From: Vezdaea acicularis
Taxonomy: Eukaryota
DNA length: 64,000 nucleotides
Assembly: GCA_026025075.1 (NCBI GenBank)
Contig: JAPEUI010000013.1
Location: forward strand, 124,001 to 188,000
Reading direction: 5' to 3'
Positions 13,531-27,829 of the stretch are shown piece by piece (position 1 is the stretch's first letter; each line of letters begins with the position of its first letter). The notes below the pieces were generated by a model. It saw nothing but the letters and a program-made list of their open reading frames with translations. It was not told the origin of the DNA and searched no databases. The translations under genes and the position numbers were made by a program.

Positions 13531-13536
13531 ACGCGT
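13531..13536. promoter_or_regulatory. MCB-type element (ACGCGT) in the divergent MMS2/MON2 promoter
   Basis: gaaACGCGTgc in the ~400 bp head-to-head intergenic region, with other GCGTG motifs nearby. Confidence 0.4.
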
Positions 13537-13729
13537 GCTCACGTTGCCCCATTCATTCCCATCTTGACCACCATCTCCACAGGAGTTACGACAAGCAACC
13601 AAAAGTCCGGCGACGCTTATGTGTTCTCATGGCTCCTCTTATCTGGTTAGAAGCATCTGTACCAGGGACAGTCTGTAAGGGCTCTCATAGTTGTGCCTAT
13701 GCAACGAGGCTACTTAGGCTTGGACAAAG

Positions 13730-16700
13730 ATGACAGCCCACTTTCTTCATTCGGAGCTCTCAAATCTGGTTTTAGAGTCGAAACGGAAGAGGCCAGAATT
13801 AAGAATCGTAGGCTGCATTTCATCCGAATAGGAAGGCAGTGGGGAGGTACTAAAGTAATGCGCAGGCCGCAGAAAAGTCTCTGGAAGACCTCAAAGCTCT
13901 CAATGCAATCCCAGAGAATGAGCTCTTTACAGGTCTGAGCGCTTCCATTACTTGTTGCTGTTAAATGCTGATATGCCCGTAGAATTACGCAAGCGCCCGA
14001 GTTTTATAGATCCATTCTTGATTGCTTGCAACCCACGTGATATCAAACTCACTGGCCTTGCTATAGTTTGCTTGCAACGCATGATTGTGTTCAATGCCCT
14101 TGCGAACTCTAGATTGAATGACCTAGTAGAGTCACTGCATGACGCAGCATCCTTAAGTATGATGCCAAACGCCATTTTAGTAATCTGCTAATCGATCGAA
14201 GGCCAAGATATCCAACTCAGAATCCTGCAGTCCTTGTCTCCCCTTTTCCAGAACTACCAGGACGATATCCATGGAGAGCTTTTGGCGAACTCCCTTCACG
14301 TATGCTCTGTGCTGCAAGCCAGTAAACATGCTGCCGTCAGTCACACCGCGGCAGCCACGCTTCAGCAATTAGTCGTATCCATATTCGAAAACGTTGTTTC
14401 AGAGGACCGTAGGTTAAGCTGTTAAGCCTTATAAGACTAATCTAATTCTCGCTAGGGGTCGCCCAAGACCCATCTCATACGTCCCGTGCTGCAGCGGACG
14501 ATGCACTACGAGTGAGAGCTCCTTTTGCCAGGGTCCTGGGTTTATGCCGCCCTTACGCTGACTGCCAGTAAGGTTTTTAAAGACCTATGCCTCCTCACTG
14601 ATGGAAAACCTCCTCTTTTCCTAAAACTTGGCAGTGTGCAGGAGGCATCAACACTCGAACTGATTGAGTCGGTACTCGCGAACCATGCCGAGCTCTTCTT
14701 CGTATACAATGATCTAGCAGATATTCTCAAGGGAGACCTGGCCCCGTTTCTCATTAAGGCACTCTCGGAGCAACAGAAGTATCGTTTTTTTGTGCGTGTA
14801 GCAAGAGTCAGCAGCGTCCTGCTTCGGAACTACATCTCTCTCCTGGTATGGGAATGCGAGGTGATGTTCAAGATTCTAGAGCGTGTGCTAGAATCAAAAT
14901 CCTCAAGTCTATGGAAGCGTGCAATCGCGATGGAAATATACTCCGAAATGTACTCTACGCCAAACTTGATTCTTACAATATTCAAGCAATACGACGCACG
15001 GAATGATTCAGACGGGAGGCAACAAATGGTCGGCCATCATCTGTACACTTTAGCTTCTATTGCTGGCGAGAAGCCCAGCTCTATTGGCCTGAACATTGAG
15101 ACATTCAAGATTGTTGCAAATTCCAAAGCCGAAAACTTTATGAGTGAACCCGAGCTCCTAAGCAGCAAGACAATCCAGGGCAAATCAACTGACTCTAAGA
15201 CTGGTGGCGAAAGTAAAGCTGTGGGTATCAGCAGTGCTCAAAGTTGGATGCGAATTCGTTGCTTAGATCAGCTTGATAAGGCAGATGCTCCCACGATTCC
15301 TGAATCCTACATTTATAGTCTCGTTCTGGAGTGCTTGAGCCATCTCTCAGGTAGTCTATACGACCTTGTCTCGTCTGTAACATCATCAAAAGAAGGCCGC
15401 GCAAAGCAAAAATTCGAGACCAAAATGTTAGAACAGGATGATATATCTACGCCAGCTCCTGAGGCGCCATCACGAGTTTCTGGTTCTGAGGATCTGAGCG
15501 AGAAAGAGGATACAAATGATTCCTCAAAACCCAATGACGAGAAAGATCTTCCGGGGCTACAAAAGAAGTCCTCTTCAGCACCACGAAGCCAACGGGTAAA
15601 GCGGGTTAATAAATTACGTGTGCTAATCAATCCGCTTCATCTAGACTCAAGTCCTGCGCTTCAAGACATTCAATGCTCCGGTAAGCTACTAGATCAGTAT
15701 TGGAGTTCCCTCTTATCCATTTGCTCCACGTATCTCTGCTCAAGCTTAGACGCAAGACACCACGAAAAGCTTCTTCAATCGCTGCAAGAGTATGTGATGG
15801 TAGCAGGTCTTCTGGAATTGAGAGTACCAAGAGATGCGTTCCTCAGAGCTCTAGGCTATGCTTCTTTCCCACCGATCATTGCCAGCTCCATGATATCCTT
15901 AACCTCGCCTTCCCCACTAACTCCGAGCCCCGTCAGCCAGCCATTTATCATCGGGAGGCAGGAAATCCCGAGTGGGGACGGTATGGCGGCACGGTCGTCC
16001 TTGGAAGTTGTACAGGGATACACAACTTCCGGAATCACGCCGGCTCTCGAAATCCGGAATATAACCTCTTTGCGTGCGTTGATGAAGCTAGGAATTGTAC
16101 TAGGCCCTCTTCTTGAGCTCAGTGCGTGGGCTATAATCTTGAAGACTCTACAACGAGTCCAATTTTCCATCCGGTCTTTGCCTTCACGGACAGCGAATCC
16201 TGGGTCTTCGGATATACCAGAGACTTCGGAATCAGTACGACAGAAGACTCTTCAACTTGATGGGAGCATAGATGCAGCCGAGGATGAGTCAAACAAACTC
16301 TTCGAAAGCTCGAAGTCACTCCCACAAGCCCCTTTTGTGGGACTGCTTGAGGCATGCTGTAATTTTTTCGAGAGCTCTCCACCGAGCCCTGATCTCTCAC
16401 CTAGCTTGAAGAAGCCGCGCCAAAATTATCAAGGTTTGACTTCACACGAAGAGAAGTTTGCACTCTATTATATTGCTCTCATTTTGAAGACAAATATTTG
16501 GAGGTTCAGAACGAAGGACCAAAGCGGAAGCGGTTGGCAGGATTTAGTCACCAGATTAGTCCTTGTGTCCTCTACAGAATGGAGACCTCCCTCAGTCCGT
16601 CTAGCATCGGCTGAGGCGCTATCGGAACTGACAGTTCAGCTAGCTCTGTCGAGTCGCACTATCGAAGTCGATGCTAGAGGCGCTATTCAGACAAGGCTTC

Positions 16701-19274
16701 TTCACGCATTACAGTCCCAAATTGACGCGCTAGATATTCACAGCGAACTTCGCACTTCGGGGACTGACGATTCTGACCTTGAAGTGCATCGAAAATCTTT
16801 GGAGGCGTTGGAAGCAATCCTAGAGCAATGTGGTGAAGACCTCGTCGCTGGTTGGAACGATGTTTTCGCGATCCTACTTACTGCCTTCCAGCACTTAGCG
16901 ATACCACGAAGTCGGGAGTCGTCCCACGAAATGATATCTAAAGGAGGCCCTCAATATAACAATGAAAAGTATAGCACCAAGCTTGTATCAACAAAACTTA
17001 TCCGATCATCATTCTCCTCAATCCAACTAATTTGTTCTGACTTTCTCTCGTCGATCCCAAAGACTTCTATCAAACTCCTGATAGACGTTCTCTTTGGGTT
17101 TTGTTCGCAGCTTGAGGACCTTAATGTTTCTCTAACGGTAAGCTGACCGAATAAATGAAGGAAAATCAGGCCTAATAACGGTTTAACGTAGACTATCACT
17201 TTCTTCTGGAACCTTTCGGACTTTCTCTTGAATCCTAGGGGCCAGAAGGTAGTCAATGGCTCTAAATCCTCTAAAGATACGGATGCCTTATCACCAACAA
17301 AATGGGAGCAAAGCAGTAGGACTCATTTGATAGGCCAAGGCTTCGACAGGGACAACTGGCTCTTGTCATTGCAAAGATTAAAGGATGTCTCAACTGATCA
17401 GAGGGCAGAGGTTCGGAATGGTTGCGTTACCCTTTAGCCCCGTCAACCTCAGCTCAAGCTCATCGCTAACTTTTTCAGGCTCTCTTCAGACTTTACTTAG
17501 AATTTTAGACGTTAATGGTGGAAGGATTGATGCAGATTGCCTCGAAATCATATTCGAAGTGATGAAAGCAAATGATACAGGGAGGCGGAGTCTAGAATCA
17601 GTTCTAAAGAATGATGGTGAGGCTCTACGACACTGGAACGAGACAACAATTACAGTCATTAAAGGCGTCGCTGGTCTGTTTGCTGATCATCTCTATGAGG
17701 TGGAGTTCGAATCGAGACTTATCGGTCTCCTGAACTATTTAGGCTCAACATTAGACTACCAATATCTCGATATCAGGGCTGCAGTCTTCTCCTCTCTCAA
17801 AGGTATCGCTGAGCAAGTCAGAGAACCCGAGACCATTAGTGCTTCCCAAACCGAGATATTTTGGAAGGTATGGCAGGCCGGTCTGTCTAATATCAGTGCC
17901 AGCTCTACTCCGGAACTCAACAATCAAGACGCTTTGGTAGCCTACGTACAATGTTTCAATGAAATATATAGGATATGTAACAGAAATTTCACTAGCGAGG
18001 AGGTCAGATTCATCATCAGACAGCTGTACCAATGTGTCATAAAGTCTGATGCGCCAGCATATTCTTCCGACGTTGAATACTTGACGCCACTGCAGACGCA
18101 AGTACTTATGGCCATGCGCCTAATCAGACACGATATCAGCGACGCTCCATCTCTCCTACTAGCTGGAGCGACTACCCTTGCTCTGCTTTCTTTACCTTCT
18201 CACAGGGTTGGGGCTACACCAAGTAGACCGACATGGATTGCCCTCTCCCGATCATCACTCGAGCTGGCTCAAAGCATTGTTCTCTCTCATAAAGACGGGA
18301 GAACGCTCTTTCATAGCGGTGCGGTCACGAAGCTTCTAAATGGCCTTTGCCGCTTGATCAAGGCAAAGTACCAATTTGGTGCTGGTGAATTAAAGGGGAA
18401 GCCGCCTTGGCTACTAGCGACCGAAATTAGCATCTCAGTCGTTACACATATCCTACCAACTTTAACTTCACATGCAATCCCGAGCAACGTTTCACAAGAC
18501 GTCTGGTCCGCAATTGCTGATATTGCTGCAAGCGTCGCATCGGCCGTACCAGAGGCCGCAGATCCCCTTGTCGACCTAGAAGCCGCCGAAAGCTTGGACA
18601 TCAAATCGATCACAGCTCTTCACGAACTCATAATCCCGAATCTCGGAGCGATCACAGTCCCAAGTCAAGCTCGAGAACTCTACATTAAGTGTCTATATTC
18701 TAACTCTAATATCCATCAGGTCGATGTCGACGAACAATTACCAGAAACTGAAAATGCATTTATCAAGTCTATTGACAGCGTTCGGCGCGGCCGCACTTTC
18801 GACCCGCCACCATCTAAGAGATCGAGGATGAGCTACAAGTGTCTTGATCTTCTCTTTTCCCTCGTAAGCCGACATGATGGCTCGCCGGAGCGTATAAAAC
18901 TTTCGGAAGTAACAAGGAAAGCTTTCTACGCTCGGGTTGCTCGAACCATCAACGGCTACGTTGCGGTGAGTTATATTTTGCTACTGCATTGCGCGACTAA
19001 TTGAATAATGCAGGACCAACCTCTCCGCGGACGCATGCCTCAGCCTGGATCACAGAGGGCGGAGCTCCTTTATGTTCTCCAGAAACTTTTAGATTTGGAA
19101 AGCGAGCCTGGTGATGCTTCAAGTGTCGGAATATCGAAAAGAAATAGGACTACACATCTTCGACAGCTCCTACCAAGTATCGGTAAAGCAATCCCAGTTG
19201 CAGGAGCCGACCAAGGGGTATTGAACTTGCTAGGAGCGCTTTGTCATAAAGGAACAACTCTAGAAGGAGAGTAG
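13730..19274 (+). CDS. MON2: Mon2 endosome-Golgi trafficking protein (Arf-GEF-related DCB/HUS/HDS domains, no Sec7 domain)
   Basis: Start MTAHFLHSELSNLVLESKRKRPELR|AAEKSLEDLK; DIQLRILQSL; TAAATLQQLV; LDQLDKADAP; LRVPRDAFL; LQLICSDFLS; Q..DLNVSLT|TITFFWNLSDF; DQRAEVRNG; DQPLRGRMPQP. About 7 introns. Confidence 0.92.
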
Positions 19275-20321
19275 CCGCCGAATATAGTCGATCAAAACGT
19301 TGATTAGAGGCGGCCGAGGACTTGTCCTTGCGCTTGTCTCTTCACGAGTTGCGTAGTTTCTTCGTGAGATGATATAGTGTCGTTGAACATACAAGGGGGA
19401 ATGGCGACGCCACAAGGGGGAGTTTTATAGTCAGTACAGAGAGATACAGCACCAGCCTCCAGAATATGAAAAGCATTCTAGGCTGTCAGGGCTCATGTAT
19501 GTATTTTCTTCTCGATGTTGGGAGCGTGAATACGTGAATGGTTCGATATGAGAAGATCCCGTGGAAGGAGGTTTTGGAGGCCCCACATCACTTGACTATG
19601 ACGAACAGATAGATGCTCGTGCGCCGTCATTTGGTATGTCAATTATGAGATCAACATATAATCTCCTTCTTGTCCGTTTTTGGGTTCCTTAGAGGGAGCG
19701 GTCGAGTGTGAGAGAGTTGCCTGACAGGGTAGCAAAGCGCGAGCGGGTTACTCGCGTTGACCTAACTGTAAAACAAATTGCAATAAGAAAGCCCAATGTC
19801 ACCCGTCTTCATGTGAACTGGCAGTGTCCTTGTCACAATGCTGATACGTGGCCACCCCATCTTCTGCTCTGGTTTGGAGCAATTGGAGGGCCGTAGTCAT
19901 TTGAGTACGTAACCTGATCAGGTGTTTGAGGGGGGAGGTTTTTGGGTCCCTAATTCAAACCCCACAAGAAAGTGAAAAGCTAGGCGTCCCAACGTCATCT
20001 ATTGCTTTCCTTATTCCAGTTTACAATGCCTTACCTATCTGTTGACCTAGCGCTCCTCTCTTAGCGATCGGCGAAACCAATTAAGCTATGGCAGCCTTGA
20101 TTGGCTCATAAAGAAGAGTATACCTCTGAAATGCAACAAGTGACCTACATAGCTTCATACAGGCTCGCACAGAACCTCAACCAGGGAAGCTAGAAGGAAC
20201 AACTTAAAGAACCGAAACATTGAAAGTAAACCCTCAAATTTAGCATGTTCATCACGTGTAAGACCAATTCGACAATTGACCAATGCGTGTTCTCTCAATT
20301 TCATAAATTTCAACAACCAAG

Positions 20322-21384
20322 ATGAGCTCGAACTCCCCTGCCCACCGACGCCACGTCCTCCGGTCGAAGTTCGTCGACCTCATCGCTGGTGCCAAGCACC
20401 AGCTGTACTCCGACCCCGCGGTGCGGCGCGGGCCAGGTCACTCGTTACGAACCCTCGCCTGGTCGCCGTTAGGTAACCTAATCGCAACAGGTAGCTTGGA
20501 CAGGACGATACGGATATGGAACCCAGAGAAGCCTTTAGCGCGCCAGGCGACAGAGCTACAGAGCGAGGGAACGGTTGAGAAAGTTGATTGGCGGCCGAAC
20601 AAAGAGGCGGAGTTGGTGAGCGTCGGGAGTGATGGCCTGGCTAGGTTCTGGGACGTCAGGGCAAAGAGCTGTATCAATAAGGTCAAGGTGGGCGGAGAGG
20701 CGTTTACTGTGGCATGGATGCATGATGGGGAGACAGTGCTTGTGGGGCGGAAGGTATGCTACGCACTCTTCCACGAGGAGTTGTAGCAGGCTCATCAAAT
20801 AAGCATTGGTTGGCTAATTGATTGTTCGGATGTAGGACGACGTACTTGTCCCAATCGATGTGAAGACGTATACGGCCGGTGCGCCCCTCCCTCAAGATAT
20901 TCAGACAAACCAAGCATACTTCTCGCACTCCGGCGAGCATCTCCTCCTCTCCACTGGCAGTGGCCGCGTCAAGATCTGCAGTTGGCCGGATATGAACATC
21001 ATTCATTCGCTGAACGGGCATACATCCGCCTGCTACGCGCTCCAAATGAGTCCACGTGGTGACTATATCGCTGTCGGCGGTTCAGACGCCATGATAAGCT
21101 TATGGGACACCCGGGACTTTGTATGCAAGCACGCGCTAAGCAGGATGGTGGGGCCGGTACGAAGCGTCAGCTTTAGCTGGGATGGGAGTTATATCGTTGG
21201 AGGCTCGGACGAAGGGCTAGGAATTGAGATCATTCATGCTGCTAGCGGGGAGTATGTGCAGACGGTTCCAACAGCAAATCCGGCACCAGTTGTGGCATGG
21301 CATCCGTCAAGATATTGGCTGGCGTATACAGGTGATCCGTATGGAATGAAGATCGTAGCCGCAGGGCAAAATCTTGGCTTATGA
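20322..21384 (+). CDS. TEX1: WD40 protein, THO/TREX subunit Tex1/THOC3
   Basis: WD repeats (LRTLAWSPLGNLIATGSLDRTIRIWN; GHTSACY..GGSDAMISLWD; VAWHPSRYWLAY); one intron ~20754-20835. Confidence 0.8.
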
Positions 21385-21754
21385 CGAAGGAATGCGGCGT
21401 TTGTGGGGCCTCTAGGTATGGGGCACAGCATTTACAGCGATTGCACATTTCAGGTCGGTAGAGTTTCACGGTGGTCCTTCATCAATCATATGTTTATTGA
21501 ATGAGCAGTGTGATGTAGCCCTGGCGGCTAATGCTAGCAGCGACATGGCCTCCTACCCCCATACCAAAATCCCAGAGGTATAGCCGATTTCTAATACAAA
21601 CGTCTTCATAGTGCAGATCATCCTAGATCGCATGACCAACGCCAGATATCCACTAACCCCAGTCCGTCATTGTTCTAGAACCGATCATTCGAAGATACCA
21701 ACCATTTGCAGAGCCTGTCGTTCACAAAGTGTTCCTACTTATACACGATACCCT

Positions 21755-24638
21755 CTACTTTTGAACTCGAGGATCAAATTCTGGCGCCACGAGAGTCTCC
21801 CATCCCATCTCGTCCATTAATCCGCCAAATTCGTCTGCTTGAGGTGTCACTCCTGTCTGTAGGTAAGGTGTGCTGTCCCACTCCTGTCTGATCGGAAAAC
21901 CACCCCTAAGTTCATTATCAGGATTCGTCCCTGCCTTACTGCCATCGTCTGATCGCATCCAGATGGATTGCGATGCTAGTCTAGCGCCCATCTCCTTCGC
22001 AGTTGCGTTTTCACTATAAAAGAAGGGGGCAGCGTTGCTGGCGCCACCCTTATGGTGTGGATCTTGACCTAAGCTATCGGTCGCAGGAGGTGTGAAGGAT
22101 GGGTTACTAGGAGGCTGATTGGTAGAATCGGGAGTTGGGTGTCCGGCGCTCGAGAGACCACCACTGCCACTGTTATCAGGTGAGAGGTCCATCTCCGGCG
22201 AAGGTCCATCCGAAGAGTCCATACGATCTCGTGAGGGCCTGCCAGTTACAAAGGCTGTTTGGCCGTACAATGCGTCTGCTTCTGGTATTCCTGTAGGGTA
22301 TTGGTTTTTGGTATTTGAGATGAAGCTCTTTCGCCTATCGGGAAGTGCTTGAGTGCCGTCCGCTGAAGGCCATTTCGAGGGCGAAAATAGAGGTGACGCA
22401 CTTGTCTGAACTGGAACGCCCGGAGCCTGTGATTGGCGAATTTCGAACAAGGGGGAGCAGGATACGCTGTCGTTATATTGCGTAAACATTGAGTCTGGAG
22501 AACGGTTTATCATCTTGAGAGGATATTAGCCCAAGTCACCTTCCGCCAATCAAAGGGGCCTTACACTGCCATCAGGAGCTCTACTAGAGTTTATATGCGG
22601 GTCCCTAATCCCGCAGCTCTCTAGATCAACATCCAATTGGATCAAGAAAGACTCGGTGAGGGGGTTTTTCTTCAGCAATGCTCGCATGGCTGTCACGAGA
22701 AATTGTAAGGAGGTTCTGGCGTTGTCGTCGTTCGAGCGTTTTTTAAGGTATTGCACGAATACCCGGGCTCCAACATAGAGACAAAATGACATGAACGGAC
22801 TCATCTGCAAAGATCAGAATATCTTCAACGAAGCATTGAGCGTTGTTACTTACTGCAGTTAGATCTTGATGGCTCACCATACGCATTATCCTTGCTATCT
22901 CAGCAGCGGCTGTGATACATCTCATTTCGCTCTCTGCAGTGACAGTGCTAGACATTCTGTTCTTCTTAGCTTTAAATATCGCGGCTTGATGTAAACAGAT
23001 CGTAGATGTGTGAATATTCATATTGACAAAGACGATGTTAGTGTCATTAACGCCATTGGGTAATCTTAGATGGTTTGGGAGGTTGAGAGCAGTATTGAGC
23101 AGCACATTGTCTATTTGCCTATGTCGCTTCCAGAATTCTCCGTTCAAATCATCTTCACGATCATCCGGGTCAGGCCTGTGAAGGTGGACGAGGTTGCGGC
23201 CAAATAGAGAGGCCATGAGGACGACAGCGGCGAAAGAAGAAAGGCCGGCGGCTCCTGATGGGTGCATAGCATCTTTGAGGGACATCGTCTCCTGGGGTCT
23301 ACAATTGTTGTAAGCCTCCTCGCTTGTAGGGAGGTTCGTCATGATCTAGGACATAATTAGATGTCTGAAGTGTGGGTGACTATTATGCAGGTCGAGATCG
23401 GGCTTACGTCTTTTTCTTCAATGATCATTGGCCATCCCGTACCAACACTGGCATATCTGTCTTGACAAAAAGCCATCCAGAACGTTCTCCGTCTCTCTTC
23501 CCGCTCTGTCCAATCTCTTGGAGGGTGGAGGCATTGCTTCACATCAAGTCCAACACCATCGAGTCGATATAACCCCATCATCTGAGCAAGTCGAATACCC
23601 TTTCCAGTGCTCATCCACGCACGTGGGAAGTACATTAGCTTAAATTCATAAGAACCAATCAATGTCCAGCATTGGGAATGGGCCACGCTAATTGCATTTT
23701 CACCATGGCCCTTCATGTCATCGAGTTCGATATATTTACGGGCACGCTGGTAGAAGAGCTCCGCGAGGTTGCCGTACTGGTCACTCAGCAAGGCAGCCAA
23801 AGACCACATGATATATCGTAAGCAAACCGGTGGTCGCATATGGGGCGCCAGGTTCATTGAAGCGCGGTAGCGCCCTTGGTGAATCATGGGTCCTGACGTG
23901 TGCACTTTCGCGAAGTAAATGTTTTCTCTGATTTGGAGTTCAGCTTTGAGGTTGGCATTTGAAGGTCTATCAGAACACTCACAGCTCGTCTATTATTTCT
24001 TGAGAAGGGAGCGGTTCGTCAAGTCCTAGCCCAATCATCTCCCATGACATTGTGTCATCAAAGTTGATACTACCGCCAAATTCAGGGATGGCAGTGAAAT
24101 CAGTTTGGGGAGCTGCGCTTTGATATAGTTCAGGTATATCAAGCATATTCGTAGTACCTTCTCGATTGTTGATGGCAAAATTGATGCCCTCATGAGTGCT
24201 GACAAAACTTGTGTTCTGAAGGAAGCCATTCTGTTCATTCTCGGGGAATATTGGTTGTGTCGCACTTGGTGATGGTTCTTGCGTGTCTTGGGTCTTCAGG
24301 AGAGTTTCTACCTGCTGAAGCCTAGCCTCGAGTGCCTTTACGTATCCTCTTTTCGGACCGCTTTTCCGTCTGACTTCATCATACACACAAGTATGTCCCA
24401 GCCTCGAACAGGTTCCACAACTGGGCTTGACGCCATCACACTTCAATTTCCTCTTCCTACATATCACACAAGCAATCCTCTTTGGTCGAGGAACAGCTTC
24501 CGTCCCCTCCGTACTACGTTTATCTTCGCCATTTATATCGTCTTGACAATCTTTCTCTGGACTCTCGTTGGAATTTGATCGATTCAGATCGTTGAAATAA
24601 TCATCCTCTGACCCCTTTCGATTACTGGGAGGCGACAT
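21755..24638 (-). CDS. Zn(II)2Cys6 transcription factor with fungal-specific TF (middle homology) domain
   Basis: ACVICRKRKLKCDGVKPSCGTCSRLGHTCVY cluster, KRGYVKALEARL coiled coil and EERRRTFWMAFCQDRYAS motif. Five exons correspond to ORFs 23979-24761, 23357-23905, 22743-23342, 22550-22810 and 21755-22513. Confidence 0.92.
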
Positions 24639-26871
24639 GACACTTATGCCGCAGGCATTAAGTACCGACCAGATTTCGTCACAATAAATGAGGGGGCTAT
24701 GAAAGTCTCCGCAGGATAAAGTCGACCAGTGGGTACAATGCCGGACGAAGCTACAGGCCAATAAGTCTCGGCGACGTTAAATTTCAATGGAGGAAATGAT
24801 ATCTTATTGCTGTTGCGAGATTTTGAGGCCAAATGCTCTGCCTGGCGAGGAGGAAGGTTGGTCAGTCGAGACACTGGGCCCTTGAGAGCGGTCTCCAAAT
24901 CCGATGTTCTCCCAAGTCGCTAAGGGACGGAGCTTACAAACGCCGACTGTTACCAGGGCTGAGAAGTGCCGTCGCGCTTAACACCGCATGTCCGTGGACG
25001 TGGTCAAGATATCAAACGGACGGACCGGATCAAATCACATATAAGCTCTACGGGACATGAAATCCAGCGGACCAAGAACGCGTGGCAATGACGATTACAT
25101 GTGCGCCCGTTCAGTCGATATGTCCAATGACCGAATGCGTTGGTGGTGTTGACAGGCGGCGCCAAAGAACCATATATCTCTAACGGGCCCACTCTAAGGC
25201 AACAAGGCTCTATTACGCAGGCGTGGCTTGTTGATAAGTCGGACGACGCGCAGGGGCCCCGTTGGAATAGCGCGGCCAATGTGGACACATCTTCTCATCG
25301 AGTTACGGGACCTGTAAGAACCAAGGGAGCCCGGATGAATTTTCGCCCGAGCAGGAATACAGGATCCCCTGGCCTCGGGTCGCTTCAGAGACATGTGCTC
25401 GAGGAGTCTTGTACGCAAGACAAAGGATAATCAAGATCAAACACACATTTACTGTGTATAATGCTCGATACTAGCCAAACAATTCCCCAACATCTATTCA
25501 ATTGCGAAGACGGTCCTGGTCTTGGCGCTCTGTAACGCCAAGCTCCAACTTCTCCTATAGGTCTTTTAATTCTCTCCTATCATGACCAGCACTGATGAGA
25601 CCATGAATCTTCTATCTACATGACTTTCTCATGATTCTTGTCCAAAGCAAGTATCAATGGTACCTGCGATTTCTTTGTATGCTCCATCGCTCGCAAGTTG
25701 GCCGTCCACCACCCACAAATACAAGATACCCTTTTCTCTTCATCACTCACTTGAACTGCGCTGTTGTATGTATTTGGGAAGGAGGGGTATATAGTAGTTG
25801 AATATGGGCTCTAGCTCTGAGCTCGATTCAAACGTATTGATTTCTATAAAAGGCAGGCAAATAACTAGCAGCTTTGTTGATAGGATTGCATCGGGCAGCA
25901 GATGTTTTAATAAGCAAAGTTAGTGAATCGTATTCTACCCTGTTCACTGCTGAAAGCTACTTCATCGAGCGATCACGCCGTATGCTCGATCGCCTGGAAG
26001 CGGGTTAGATAGCATCGGAATAAAGCGAGCAAACACGCCTCTACAAAATCTAGGATCAAATTCAATGCCCTTCAGCCTAACAATCAAAACCGTGATCGCC
26101 CACATGTAAGTGATCTACTTCAAAGAGCTCACTCATCCGATCCGCACCATTTTGGAGAGCGGCATAATCCAGTAGCTCGCCTTATTCCATCCAGAAATGG
26201 CAGACGGCCTTCTCCTCGTAGATCTAGAGGTGGCCTGCCATATTTACAATTTGTCATATTAAGACACCATACAGTAGCTTGAAATTTCAATCATATTTTC
26301 TTGTGGAGAGCAAGGAGAGTTATTCATAGTGATCTTTATACGCTGAAATCAGATCAGACAATGGACTATTCAATGAGTGCAGTACTAAGTAAAATTAGAA
26401 TCCGTTCACAACATACAGATTGTATCTTCACCACCTTTCCGAATTACCATCTGCTCGGTCCCTAGAAATGTGGACTCTGATCCCAAGTGCCTTTACATTG
26501 AGTCTACATTGACTTTTAAATGGTTGTCCCCATAGGACGTCGATCAGTGAGGCACTGGTAGTCATCCAGCCAGAGTTGCATAGCTTTTTCCTTCTCCTCA
26601 TCTGCCCTATAACACCGTGTCTGGCCCATGGTTCAAGGCTTATCTTAACCGTAAGAGATCCTTTATGGCAGTTGCCTTCGAGCTCAAGTCAAGAATGTAG
26701 GGGAGAGAAAGGAGAAGCCGTACGGGCTAGTGCGTTAGAGCGAGATCATGACTAGCCATAGCACGGTAGTGACGCAAAGTGAAGAGTGATACTAGCGTCT
26801 ATCAGTTGCTAGAAATCTAAGTCTTCACCGCCCCAGGGGCAGCTTTCTATACAGTAACCTCGTGCCAGTCA

Positions 26872-27090
26872 CTAACACAACCCCATGGTTTCCCAGACCC
26901 TTGGGTCATACCTAGTGCCCTCCAACTTGCGTACATACCTCATAACTGCCACCTTTGTGAACATTCCCGCGCCGAAGTAGTCATTCATTTTGTCCGTGAC
27001 TTCATGGTATGCCGCATCGCTGTCTACGAAGCCGGTCATTTTCCAGTATTCCATGGCTTGCGATTTGTGCGTCGCAGTCCAGTCAGTCAT
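26872..27090 (-). CDS. Putative 72-aa orphan protein, possibly a small helical (Myb/Clr5-like) domain
   Basis: ATG-initiated ORF with globular composition, preceded on the minus strand by a CT-rich leader and a TATA-like GATATAAG (~27290). No recognised family. Confidence 0.45.
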   Translation of the reverse strand: MTDWTATHKSQAMEYWKMTGFVDSDAAYHEVTDKMNDYFGAGMFTKVAVMRYVRKLEGTRYDPRVWETMGLC

Positions 27091-27829
27091 GTTCTAATCG
27101 AATCAAACTGACGTTTCAGGCTTGGGCGTCGGGGATTGATGTTTGGCTTGGTCTGAGGTTATGGTGTGTAAGAAGGAGAAGGCGATGGTGAGTATAATTA
27201 AGAGTTGTGGTTTGAAGAAAGGAGAAGAAAATTGGGTCATCAATTTGTAGTGTGAAGGCGTCGACCAACGACGTGTTCAGTGAATCATACTTATATCAAC
27301 CCATTGATGAAGGCTCAGCCTCCACGTGTTGACGTGCAGTGAGTCCAGTACAATACGAAGATCGGCACTAAGAAGCTAAGGTTTGAAATGAAGCGTGACG
27401 CAACCTATAGTCCCTAGTCAGAACACCGCATCCACAAGGGCAAAAGCTATCTTTGCGATAAGTGGAAGGTTAGAACAGCCAGACAGTGAGGTGATATATC
27501 CCTTGTCCCTTTGGTTTGGCAGTACTTTACATTGCTAAACACCAATGCCTGGGTTGGTGTACCGAACGGTGTCTCAGGCCGTTGTTCTCGATTTCGATCG
27601 CTTTAATGCATTTATTAGAGCCTTCTCGGTCTAGTTTTACTACTTCCTGTGTCTTCCATTCCTAGAGTGCCCTGAGAGAAGAGCCCTCGTGACAGTAGTA
27701 CAGCGACCACCGTCGACGCAGGTAAGGGTTGGTAGAACCTGCTCAGCTCCCGTCGACAAGGTATCCTTTTGCAACAGTAGATTCGGGAAAATGCTACACC
27801 CACTACGCTATAATGTAGACATTGTGTCA

